The notes below the pieces were generated by a model, which did no database searches, was not told the DNA's origin, and saw only the letters and a program-made list of their open reading frames with translations. DNA of 64,000 nucleotides, taken from an uncultured Cryomorphaceae bacterium (lineage in GTDB: Bacteria > Bacteroidota > Bacteroidia > Flavobacteriales > Schleiferiaceae). The stretch is taken from assembly GCA_937120475.1 (NCBI GenBank), contig CAKZJV010000007.1, positions 572,068 through 636,067 of the forward strand, given 5' to 3'. Every line of letters starts with the position of its first letter. The stretch's first letter is position 1. Below, piece by piece: positions 29,138-37,012 of this stretch. Position numbers and translations under genes: made by a program.

Positions 29138-30535
29138 TCAATCCACCTCGTGAAACCGCACATCGCCACACATCCTCACGATCTTTGGGGTAAATGATCC
29201 CAGGATGTCCACGAGCTCCTGCTGGCTGTTCATCACGGTATGGATGTCCTTATAAGCCATAGGTGCTTCATCCAGTCCGGAACCGATCACCTCCACCCCA
29301 TGATCATTCAGGTGGCGCACCACCTCTTTATAGTCCAGGGTTTTCTTGGCCTGGGTTCGGCTCATCACCCGCCCTGCCCCGTGTGAAGTGGAGTTGATAG
29401 AGTGTGCTATACCGCGCCCCCGTACAATGTACCCGGGAGCCGTCATGGAGCCGGGAATGATCCCCAACACGCCTTCACCGGCCGGGGTGGCACCTTTACG
29501 GTGTACGATCACTTCCTCGCCTTTGGCGTTCTTCTCTTTCCAGGCGAAGTTGTGATGGTTTTCCACCCTGGCCAATGGTGTGGTTCGTAAGCCTACGGCC
29601 ATGCGTTCATGGATCTGGTGATGACAGGCCGAAGCGTAGTCACCGGCCAGGTTCATGGCCGCCCAATATTCCTTACCGGCATCGGTATCCATATCCAACC
29701 AGGCTAGGTGCCGCGCTTCCTGCGGAAGCTTGGTAGTGTTCATAGCCAGATTGGTATAATGGCGGGCAATGTTCGCCCCCAATCCACGGGAACCGGAATG
29801 CGACAACAGGCCCATATACGTACCAAGCGGCAGGTTGAACTCATTATCCTCTTCCGTAATACGCACTTCACCAAATTCTACAAAGTGGTTACCCCCACCG
29901 GACGAACCAATCTGCCGCCAGGCGCGGTCTTTCAGGTTTTTTACCACTTCCAGTTCTTTGAATTCATCGCGCTCAAAAATTTCGTGATCCATGATGTATT
30001 TGAAAGAAGCATTTCCGAAACGGGTGTTGTTGTTCAGCATTTTCTTTAAAGCCTCCTTATCAGTTTCCAACCGCTCTTTCGGCATATCGTAAATGGATAA
30101 GCACATACGGCAGCCGATGTCCACACCTACCCCATACGGTATCACCGAATTTTTGGTAGCCAATACACCCCCGATCGGTAAACCGTAACCCTGGTGGGCA
30201 TCCGGCATTAAAGCACCGGAATCCGCTACCGGTAATTTCATAGCGGTGTACATCTGGTGCAGGGCTCCTTGTTCAATATGCTCTTCACCGTAGATCTTGA
30301 AATCCAGGTGCTTTTCACGCAGCGCAATCGGCTCTCTTTTCGCTTCTTCCACCAATGCTTTGGCAATAGCTCCGAAGCTTTCATCTTCCAGGTACGCTTC
30401 CGGCTCTTGTGCTACTTTTTGCAGCGTTTCCAGATAGGCTTTTTTGCTGTATTGGGTATGGGGTTTCAACGCCATTCCGAAGGCCGGGCCTTCCGGAAAG
30501 TTGATGTTCTTTAAGTCTTTAGATGTTATTTTCAT
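29138..30535 (-). CDS. rtcB: RtcB-family RNA ligase (3'-phosphate/5'-OH)
   Basis: GGGNHFVEFGEV and STSHGAGR motifs, about 465 aa. Start taken at MKITSKDL. The longer track ORF reaching 30646 would overlap the repeat element in the promoter region. Confidence 0.75.
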   Translation of the reverse strand: MKITSKDLKNINFPEGPAFGMALKPHTQYSKKAYLETLQKVAQEPEAYLEDESFGAIAKALVEEAKREPIALREKHLDFKIYGEEHIEQGALHQMYTAMKLPVADSGALMPDAHQGYGLPIGGVLATKNSVIPYGVGVDIGCRMCLSIYDMPKERLETDKEALKKMLNNNTRFGNASFKYIMDHEIFERDEFKELEVVKNLKDRAWRQIGSSGGGNHFVEFGEVRITEEDNEFNLPLGTYMGLLSHSGSRGLGANIARHYTNLAMNTTKLPQEARHLAWLDMDTDAGKEYWAAMNLAGDYASACHHQIHERMAVGLRTTPLARVENHHNFAWKEKNAKGEEVIVHRKGATPAGEGVLGIIPGSMTAPGYIVRGRGIAHSINSTSHGAGRVMSRTQAKKTLDYKEVVRHLNDHGVEVIGSGLDEAPMAYKDIHTVMNSQQELVDILGSFTPKIVRMCGDVRFHEVD

Positions 30536-30610
30536 AACTGTATTTTTATAAATTTCATCCTGAGTACTCCGTCCGAAATAATCGGGATTACAGTATATTA
30601 AAGGGTTGTA

Positions 30611-30718
30611 TTCAGGCTTCGATACGCCTTCCCTTCGGTCAGCCACTCAGCCTGACACTGTTTTAATTTGTTGGGTCACAGGGAGCACCTGCCTGACGGA
30701 CAGGTGCTCAGGATGACC
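30611..30718. repeat. GC-rich palindromic intergenic repeat, copy 1 of a three-copy family
   Basis: Contains GGCGTATCGAAG, CCTGACGGACAGG and AGGATGAC blocks shared with the copies at 33227 and 35416. Internal hairpin GAGCACCTG-N9-CAGGTGCTC. Confidence 0.6.
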
Positions 30719-30803
30719 GTTTAGTTTCAAAATATTTTAAGCCTTCTCGCTCTCTTCGGAGTTTATGTGCATATCTCCGAATCGGCAACAAAGAAAACTG
30801 AGT

Positions 30804-30826
30804 ACTGCGCAGTCTTTTTGCGCTAT
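30804..30826. promoter_or_regulatory. operator-like inverted repeat, copy 1 (ACTGCGCA-N7-TGCGCtAT, slightly degenerate)
   Basis: Shares a 20-nt identical core, ACTGCGCAGTCTTTTTGCGC, with the copy at 33581. Lies about 155 nt upstream of the gene at 30980. Confidence 0.4.
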
Positions 30827-30979
30827 TGAAAAAATTCTCGATAAGGTGATTATTTGAATTCAATATCATGTTTTTTAGTTAGCCCCACGAAATAACCGTC
30901 TGGATTTCAATGGCATAAATAAAACTTGAAAGTAAGAATCGTGTTACATAAATTAGGTGTTTAACTTAAAAACTCTTTC

Positions 30980-31393
30980 ATGAAAACTCTATTCTATTCG
31001 GCAATCTTTTGCCTTTTTACTTTTTCCTCGTTTGCGCAGAGCACCATCCAGGTAATTAACAGCACCTGCGAAGACAAGGAGGTTCGTGTTTACTTTGATG
31101 ATGCTACTGCCGCCTGCACGGGAACACCGGTAAATTGTACTCCCATCCAGGTGATTACCCAAATAGTACCCGCTGGAGGAAGTTTCGTTTTCAGTGCTGC
31201 CTGTGGCGGAGCCACTCTTTACGAAGTGTACGCACAATCTAATTTTAACGGTTCCGCTTCATCCTGGTACCCTAGCGGCTGCCGCGGTAATTACAACGGT
31301 CAAACACCCATTATCGATCCATGTCCCGGCCCTAATATGGAGTTTGCCGTAGTACCCGGTACTCCAACCATTTACGAAATATTCAATTTCTAA
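30980..31393 (+). CDS. small secreted Cys-rich protein, family member 1
   Basis: Signal peptide (SSFAQS). Conserved block TIQVINSTCEDKEVRVYFDD. Eleven Cys residues. Paralogs at 35591 and 36020, pseudogene at 42727. Confidence 0.6.
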   Translation: MKTLFYSAIFCLFTFSSFAQSTIQVINSTCEDKEVRVYFDDATAACTGTPVNCTPIQVITQIVPAGGSFVFSAACGGATLYEVYAQSNFNGSASSWYPSGCRGNYNGQTPIIDPCPGPNMEFAVVPGTPTIYEIFNF

Positions 31394-31408
31394 ATAACCC
31401 AACCATTA

Positions 31409-31434
31409 CCCCTGCGGCCCTTTGCCGCAGGGGG
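31409..31434. terminator. bidirectional terminator hairpin
   Basis: CCCCTGCGGC-CCTTT-GCCGCAGGGGG between converging genes. Confidence 0.55.
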
Positions 31435-31453
31435 TGGTTAAGGCGGGTATCGA

Positions 31454-32581
31454 CTACCGGGAGAAGATCTCCTTGAGTTGATCTACCACCTGGTTTCCTC
31501 CTGAAAGGGAAATACTGTTGATCTTTTCTGCGATCTTCTCGGTGTATTCCATCTCTTTCAGTTTAAAGAGCATAGGATTGTCTTCCATCAGTTTAGCGGT
31601 ATTCAGTAAGCTCCGGGTAGAAGCCGTTTCTTCCCGCCTGGTAATCACGTTGGCCTGTGCTTTTTTCTCAGCCACCAATACCTGGTTCATGATCTCCTTT
31701 ACCTCCCCGGGTAAAATGATGTCCCTGATTCCGCAGGCACTCACTTTTACGCCCAGGTTTACCGCGTTTTCCTTAACGGCAGCCAATACATATTCGGCTA
31801 CGGCCTCCTTCTTTTCCAACAATTCATCCAGGGTCAACGTACCGATGAACTCCCGTAAAGCAAGCTGCATCAATACATACAATTGCTTTTCGAAATCCTT
31901 GTTATCCACCAAAGCCTTTTCAATATCGGTGACCTTATACTGGGTGTAAAAATTCACCCGCAAGGCCGCCTTATCTTTGGTGAGAATCTCCTGGCCGCTC
32001 ACTTCCATTTGCAATTGTCGCATATCCGTTTTCAAAACGTTAATGGGAATGGTGTTTTTCCAAAAGAGGTAATCGCCTTTTTCCAGTACCTTTTCAAACT
32101 TGCCGTTGATGAAAAGAATACCTTTTTCGTAGGAAGCTACATGGTAGGCCCGGATGTAAGGCAGTATTACACCTTTCTGCAAAATTTCCCCGCTGATGGA
32201 CTCGGTGATCTCCACTTTACTCAAATCAGCTTTAATGAACGAGTGCTCTACCAAGCCTTTCCAATAGGCGTAGCGACCGGGTAAAAGCACGGATTTAAAA
32301 TTGCTATGCTCAAAACGCAGGGCTATCTCATTGTCCGCCACATCCACCAGCGTTAAAGCATTGGCCAATGCCTCATCCTGCAGGTAAAGGTTCAGGTTAC
32401 GGCCGGGCACAAAAGCCTGGGCCATATCATATACCACTACCGATTCAAAAGGTCCCAGCCAGTGCTTTCCGGCTGTCAACATCCTTTTGTAATCTCCGTT
32501 TTTGTACACCAGTCCAATTTTGCCGGTGTTGATCACTACTCGTTTCATCGCTTTCGAGTATTTATTGAGGTTGACTTTCAA
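31454..32581 (-). CDS. SPFH/band-7 domain protein (slipin or flotillin-like)
   Basis: SPFH-like core (…LRVNFYTQYKV…ALREFIGTLTLDELLEKKEAV…GVKVSACGIRDIILPGEV…AEKKAQANV…). Confidence 0.65.
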   Translation of the reverse strand: MKVNLNKYSKAMKRVVINTGKIGLVYKNGDYKRMLTAGKHWLGPFESVVVYDMAQAFVPGRNLNLYLQDEALANALTLVDVADNEIALRFEHSNFKSVLLPGRYAYWKGLVEHSFIKADLSKVEITESISGEILQKGVILPYIRAYHVASYEKGILFINGKFEKVLEKGDYLFWKNTIPINVLKTDMRQLQMEVSGQEILTKDKAALRVNFYTQYKVTDIEKALVDNKDFEKQLYVLMQLALREFIGTLTLDELLEKKEAVAEYVLAAVKENAVNLGVKVSACGIRDIILPGEVKEIMNQVLVAEKKAQANVITRREETASTRSLLNTAKLMEDNPMLFKLKEMEYTEKIAEKINSISLSGGNQVVDQLKEIFSR

Positions 32582-32961
32582 CCCCAGGGTTAAACATAAA
32601 TTTCACTTTTAAAGAAAGCTTCGGGCTACAAGCCATCCCTGCCGCGCGGAGCCCGGATTGAGAAAGGTTGTGTTTGGGTAGTTGCCTGCTATCCAACTTT
32701 CGGGGAAAACCTGGTTTTCCTTCCGGATGGCCGCCTGCAAGTAGCCAAACGCCCCCATCGGTATCTTCCGGTCTGCGTAGCGCGGCAGAGACTGTTCAGA
32801 AAAACTTCCGAAAAAGAATTTCCCAACGGGCCTGCACCCCTCGGCTTTCAGGTGATCCTTTTTCGAAGGGATCAGCTTCCTGATCGGATAGATTATGAGT
32901 CTATCAACCATCTTCCGTGACAGGGAAGTGTTAGGTACTCTGCCAACTGAGTTACCCCGGA

Positions 32962-33031
32962 ATATTCCGGGAGAAGGAATCGAACCTTCGCATCCTAATC
33001 TACTGCTCTAACCAACTGAGCTACCCCGGTT
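32962..33031 (-). tRNA. tRNA-like sequence, possibly a degenerate tRNA or pseudo-tRNA
   Basis: Canonical D-arm (TAGCTCAGTTGGTTAGAGC) and T-arm (GAAGGTTCGATTCCTTC), but the anticodon arm is too short and the acceptor stem is imperfect. Its 5' 20 nt are duplicated at 32945-32964. Confidence 0.3.
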
Positions 33032-33076
33032 GCCCGGGAACGGGAATCGAACCCGTGACCCGTAGGTTGCAGTAAA
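33032..33076 (-). other. tRNA 3'-half-like fragment (T-arm plus acceptor 3' strand) with no matching 5' half
   Basis: ACGGGTTCGATTCCCGT T-arm followed by TCCCGGGC. No complementary acceptor 5' strand found upstream. Confidence 0.3.
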
Positions 33077-33226
33077 TCAAATTACCATGAAGCGGCATAC
33101 CAACGCTGATGGCGTGGCACCACGGGGCTATACAGAAACCCTCGTCCGGTCTTCATACCTAACCGATTTACTATTTTCCGTGCCTGAAAGCACTATATTT
33201 TAAAGAACTCTTTTAATCCTTATCGA

Positions 33227-33388
33227 GGTCACACTGAGCGGTGTCGAAGTGCGACCAGGTTATAACCGTCCTTTTAAGCCACCCTTCGACACCGCTCAGT
33301 GTGACCACCGCTGTTTTATTCAATACTAAATAGAGTGTCATCCTTCGACTCCCTGTCCGTCCGTCAGGCGGGCGCTCAGGATGACAAC
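33227..33388. repeat. GC-rich palindromic repeat, copy 2: two nested long inverted repeats
   Basis: GGTCACACTGAGCGGTGTCGAAG...CTTCGACACCGCTCAGTGTGACC (22-bp arms) plus GTCATCCT...CCTGACGGACGGACAGG...AGGATGAC. Shares its core with the copy at 30611. Confidence 0.6.
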
Positions 33389-33400
33389 GGACTTTATTTG

Positions 33401-33483
33401 TGGGAGTGATAAGATTCGAACTTATTGAGCCAAAAGCACCGGTTTTACAGACCGGCCTACCTCACCATCGGTAGCGCACTCCC
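33401..33483 (-). tRNA. tRNA-Tyr (anticodon GTA), type II with a long variable arm
   Basis: Folded by hand: acceptor GGGAGTG/CACTCCC, D-arm CTAC...GTAG, anticodon stem CCGGT/ACCGG with loop CTGTAAA, T-arm ATAAG-TTCGAAT-CTTAT. CCA is not encoded. Confidence 0.7.
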
Positions 33484-33507
33484 CTAACTTTTAAGAACTT
33501 TCGCAAA

Positions 33508-33547
33508 CCCCGCTGTTCTGCCTCTTTACTCCTCCTGAACAGCGGGG
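33508..33547. other. strong hairpin (11-bp stem, 18-nt loop) between the tRNA-Tyr 5' end and the WYL-regulator gene
   Basis: CCCCGCTGTTC-N18-GAACAGCGGGG. Confidence 0.5.
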
Positions 33548-33580
33548 TGTGTTTCAAATACAGGACAAAGGTGAAACCCC

Positions 33581-33603
33581 ACTGCGCAGTCTTTTTGCGC
33601 AGT
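33581..33603. promoter_or_regulatory. operator-like perfect inverted repeat ACTGCGCA-N7-TGCGCAGT, about 38 nt upstream of the WYL-regulator gene
   Basis: Perfect 8-bp arms. Position matches that expected for an autoregulatory WYL/BrxR-type operator. Confidence 0.45.
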
Positions 33604-33640
33604 AAAAATTAATTTCATTTTTTAGTGAAAAATTTCACCT

Positions 33641-35368
33641 GTGCCCGTTAACCGTAATGCCCTTATCCGCTACCGCACCCTTGATAACTGCCTGCGTAAC
33701 CGTTTCAGAAAGTGGACTTTAGAAGACCTGATTGAGGCCTGCTCGGATGCCCTGTACGAGTATGAAGGCATTGATAAGGGGGTAAGCCGCAGAACGGTGC
33801 AAATGGATATCCAGATGATGCGCAGTGATAAACTGGGTTACAATGCACCCATCGTGGTTTTGGAAAAAAAGTATTACACCTACGAGGACCCGGATTATTC
33901 CATTACCAATATTCCGCTCACCGACCAAGACCTGATTAAACTTACCGAGGTAACTGAGATCCTGCGACAGTTTAAGGGCTTTACCCATTTTCAGGATCTG
34001 GATGGAATGGTGAACCGCCTTGAAGACAAGATCTACACCGCTAAAACCCACCAACAACCCATTATTGATTTTGAAAAGAATGAAAACCTGCGGGGCCTGG
34101 AATACATTGACCCGCTTTACAAGGCCATCCAGCAGAAGCATTGCGTTAAAGTGGCCTACCAAAGCTTTAAAGCCAGGGTGCCGCAGGAGATTACCTTCCA
34201 CCCTTTTCTCCTTAAAGAATTCCGAAACCGCTGGTTTTTGCTGGGTGCTCATAATAAAGGAAAAACAACTATGCTTTTAGCGCTGGACCGGATTACCTCG
34301 GTTTCGCCTTTAAAAGCCCTGGCTTGTTGCCAACCCGGTTTTGATGTACAGAACTATTTCAAGGATGTGGTAGGTGTTACCGTTAATCAAGGCGATACCA
34401 CTGAAAAGATTATCCTTTTTGTAGATCGTAGAAACGCCCCTTACGTGATCACCAAACCTATTCATCCCAGCCAGGAAGTGCTGGAGAGCAATAAGTTCGG
34501 TATCATTATCTCCTTGCACGTTCAACTCAATTACGAATTGGAACGGGAGATACTGGGCTTTGGCCCGCAAATGAAAGTACTGGCCCCCCACCATTTCAAA
34601 AGACGAATGAAGAACCTCCTACGAGAGGCTGTGGATACTTATGAATCAGAGATCACTACGCCTCGTATGAAACAATCCCAAAACCGATTGCAAAAAAGGG
34701 GTTACGACATACTACAGCAGGTTTTTACCACCCGTGAAACCGATAAAATGAAACATATTATCGGTAAATACCTCAATAGTGTTAATGAAAATCCCGGGGG
34801 TAAGAAAAGTATTTCCATCCGGCAACTGCTGCAAAAAATACCGGAATTGGAACGATTGATTTTCAACGCCAATATGGATAAACTCCTGCAAGAATTGATT
34901 CCTGGATCCCGGCTCACCAAGGCCATATATTTTGATAAGCCCCACTTGAGCAACTGGTATGTTACCTGGCACCAGGACATTACGATAAATGTCAAAGAAC
35001 GTATTGATACGGAAGGTTTTTCCGGATGGACCAGTAAAGAGGGGTTCTTTGCCGTTTGTCCACCCGAAGAGTACCTTCACAAAACTCTTACTATCCGTAT
35101 TCACCTCGATGATTCGCTGGAGAGCAATGGTACCCTGAAGGTGATACCGGGTACCCATAAAAAGCGGCTCTCCGATGATGAAATTCAACTGATCACCCAA
35201 AACACCAGCCCTGCTGTTTGCGAGATTCCTAAAGGTGGTGTTCAGTTTATGAAACCTTTACTTCTCCATAGCTCCTCCAAATCCAAAGCACAACGTTCTC
35301 GCAGGGTGATCCACCTGGAATTTTGTACGGCTGAATTACCGGTAGGTTTGGAATGGAGTGAAAATTAG
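33641..35368 (+). CDS. WYL-domain transcriptional regulator (HTH-WYL-WCX) fused to a C-terminal PhyH-like Fe(II)/2OG dioxygenase domain
   Basis: N-terminus NALIRYRTL...VSRRTVQMDIQMM (wHTH). WYL-like core FHPFLLKEFRNRWFLLG. C-terminal ~240 aa with WHQD...NGTLKVIPGTHK...RRVIHLEF, an HxD...H oxygenase signature. Single uninterrupted 575-aa ORF. Confidence 0.6.
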   Translation: MPVNRNALIRYRTLDNCLRNRFRKWTLEDLIEACSDALYEYEGIDKGVSRRTVQMDIQMMRSDKLGYNAPIVVLEKKYYTYEDPDYSITNIPLTDQDLIKLTEVTEILRQFKGFTHFQDLDGMVNRLEDKIYTAKTHQQPIIDFEKNENLRGLEYIDPLYKAIQQKHCVKVAYQSFKARVPQEITFHPFLLKEFRNRWFLLGAHNKGKTTMLLALDRITSVSPLKALACCQPGFDVQNYFKDVVGVTVNQGDTTEKIILFVDRRNAPYVITKPIHPSQEVLESNKFGIIISLHVQLNYELEREILGFGPQMKVLAPHHFKRRMKNLLREAVDTYESEITTPRMKQSQNRLQKRGYDILQQVFTTRETDKMKHIIGKYLNSVNENPGGKKSISIRQLLQKIPELERLIFNANMDKLLQELIPGSRLTKAIYFDKPHLSNWYVTWHQDITINVKERIDTEGFSGWTSKEGFFAVCPPEEYLHKTLTIRIHLDDSLESNGTLKVIPGTHKKRLSDDEIQLITQNTSPAVCEIPKGGVQFMKPLLLHSSSKSKAQRSRRVIHLEFCTAELPVGLEWSEN

Positions 35369-35415
35369 CAGGTTTAAACCTATGCACTCTTTGGTTTAAT
35401 TACCTCCACTAAAAT

Positions 35416-35478
35416 GTCTTCCTGAGTGTCCCGAAGTATTTCGGGGCGTATCGAAGGGTGACAGTCAGGCTTCGAGCC
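35416..35478. repeat. GC-rich palindromic repeat, copy 3 (shorter)
   Basis: GGCGTATCGAAGGGTGACAGTCAGGCTTCG shares GGCGTATCGAAG and the CAGGCTTCGA block with the copy at 30611. CCCGAAGTATTTCGGGG hairpin. Confidence 0.5.
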
Positions 35479-35590
35479 AGATCTACCTTCTCTAATCAGA
35501 TGTGCTACTCTATTTCATGGAAAAGCATTAGATTTTTTGAACGCATTTTCTTACATTTGATAGTACTCTATTTAATTCAAATTATTTATT

Positions 35591-36010
35591 ATGAAACATT
35601 TATTTTTTACTCTATTCTTTTTATCCATAAGCCTGTCTTATGCGCAGACTACGGTTACCGTTAGCAACAATAGTTGTGAAGGTAAAGAGGTAACCGTATT
35701 TTTTGATGACCCTATTCCTGCCTGCATAACGGCTACGCCCGTAACATGTACAGTGGTTCACAGTATAACACAAACTTTAGCCGGTGGCGATGTAGGCACT
35801 TTTGCGGTACCTTGTAGCCTTGAGGAGTATGAAGTTTATGTAGAATCGGTGAACTGCGGTATATGTACTGCCGCCTGGGTAAGACCATCTTGTGGCTCTT
35901 CCTACCCTGGCCCGAGTCCTGCTGCCGATAATTGTACGGGTCCAACGGCTATGTTCAGGGTGGATAAAATTGCCGTCAGCGCTCACACCTATGAAATCAA
36001 TAACTATTAA
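35591..36010 (+). CDS. small secreted Cys-rich protein, family member 2
   Basis: Signal peptide. TVTVSNNSCEGKEVTVFFDD conserved block. Ten Cys residues. Confidence 0.6.
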   Translation: MKHLFFTLFFLSISLSYAQTTVTVSNNSCEGKEVTVFFDDPIPACITATPVTCTVVHSITQTLAGGDVGTFAVPCSLEEYEVYVESVNCGICTAAWVRPSCGSSYPGPSPAADNCTGPTAMFRVDKIAVSAHTYEINNY

Positions 36011-36019
36011 ATCTTCATC

Positions 36020-36439
36020 ATGAAATATTGCCTATTTATTACTCTTGTTTTTACAGGATTATTGCTTAAATCTCAAACTACAATTACCGTTATCAACAAT
36101 ACTTGTGAACCCAAAGAGGTCACCGTTTTTTTTGACGATCCCACTCCAAATTGTGTGGCCAGCCCTACCAGTTGTACAACTTTAACCAGTATTACTCAAA
36201 CCATTGATCCTGATGATGACTTTGCTAATTTCAGTGTTCCTTGTAGCCTGGATACCTACCGCGTAACCGCACAATCAGTTAACTTATCCAGTGCCACGGC
36301 TACCTGGTACAGGAGTTCCTGCGGAACTTCCAATACGGGTTCAACGCCTTCAGCAGACGCCTGCCCCGGCACAGGTGGTTACTTTAGTGTAGATCAAAAT
36401 CCCACAAACTCCAATGAGTTTGACATTAGCAATTATTAA
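36020..36439 (+). CDS. small secreted Cys-rich protein, family member 3
   Basis: Signal peptide. TITVINNTCEPKEVTVFFDD block. Terminator hairpin at about 36456-36490 resembles the one at 31409. Confidence 0.6.
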   Translation: MKYCLFITLVFTGLLLKSQTTITVINNTCEPKEVTVFFDDPTPNCVASPTSCTTLTSITQTIDPDDDFANFSVPCSLDTYRVTAQSVNLSSATATWYRSSCGTSNTGSTPSADACPGTGGYFSVDQNPTNSNEFDISNY

Positions 36440-36505
36440 ATGGTAAACCCTTTTTATACCCCCTGCGGCAAAAGTGCTGCAAGGGGTATTTAAGGCAGTC
36501 ATCAA

Positions 36506-37012
36506 CTACAGCCGGTTCAACTTCTTCCTCACTTTAGCTTTGGCCTTAAGCCTTGCCAGCTCAGTGTTCAGGTAATCCTGCTCGGCATCATTTACCACTT
36601 CGCCCAAAGCGGCCTTTAAATACCTTTTGGCTATATTCAGTTCATAACGGTGTTCCATTATGCGCGCCATGGCCCACATTACAAACGCTTTGCTAATGGT
36701 GGGTATTTGTTGAGCGTATTCCAGAACCCGCTGGGCTTTCACCAACTTCCTTTGATGGATGTAGAGAGCTACCAGGTTTTCATACGCGCAAACGTATTGC
36801 GGGTTGCTGGCTAAAGCGGCTTCGAAATATTCTTCAGCGGCCCTGTAATTACTGAGGTACTGCATTTGCAACTGCCCCATCAGGCAATTAGCTCCGGCAT
36901 GATCCGGGTCATAGCTCAAGGAGTAATTGAGGTTTTCAAGAGCCTCAGAAAGCTCCCAGGGGTAATTTTCTATGGCTTTCAAATAATAGCCATCGGCCAA
37001 TAAAGTTGCCAT
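36506..37012 (-). CDS. TPR-repeat protein
   Basis: Repeated helical A...Y...A motifs (YFEAALASNPQY, AYENLVALY). Confidence 0.5.
   Translation of the reverse strand: MATLLADGYYLKAIENYPWELSEALENLNYSLSYDPDHAGANCLMGQLQMQYLSNYRAAEEYFEAALASNPQYVCAYENLVALYIHQRKLVKAQRVLEYAQQIPTISKAFVMWAMARIMEHRYELNIAKRYLKAALGEVVNDAEQDYLNTELARLKAKAKVRKKLNRL

Noticed and set aside
32609-32911. 100-aa minus-strand ORF adjacent to the tRNA-like fragments
   Set aside because: No start context. Basic, low-complexity translation. It sits in the leader region of the SPFH gene next to tRNA debris, so it is most likely non-coding.
33031-33180. tmRNA (ssrA) hypothesis for the T-arm and acceptor-like sequence at 33032-33076
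   Set aside because: No tRNA-like 5' domain (GGGG...GATTCGAC type) and no tag-peptide reading frame were found in the expected ~350 nt. Only the 3' T-arm-like piece is present.
35458-35664. 68-aa plus-strand ORF upstream of the Cys-rich gene at 35591
   Set aside because: It overlaps repeat copy 3 and the real signal-peptide start of the next gene. Its A/T-rich tail reads as a homopolymer-like translation.
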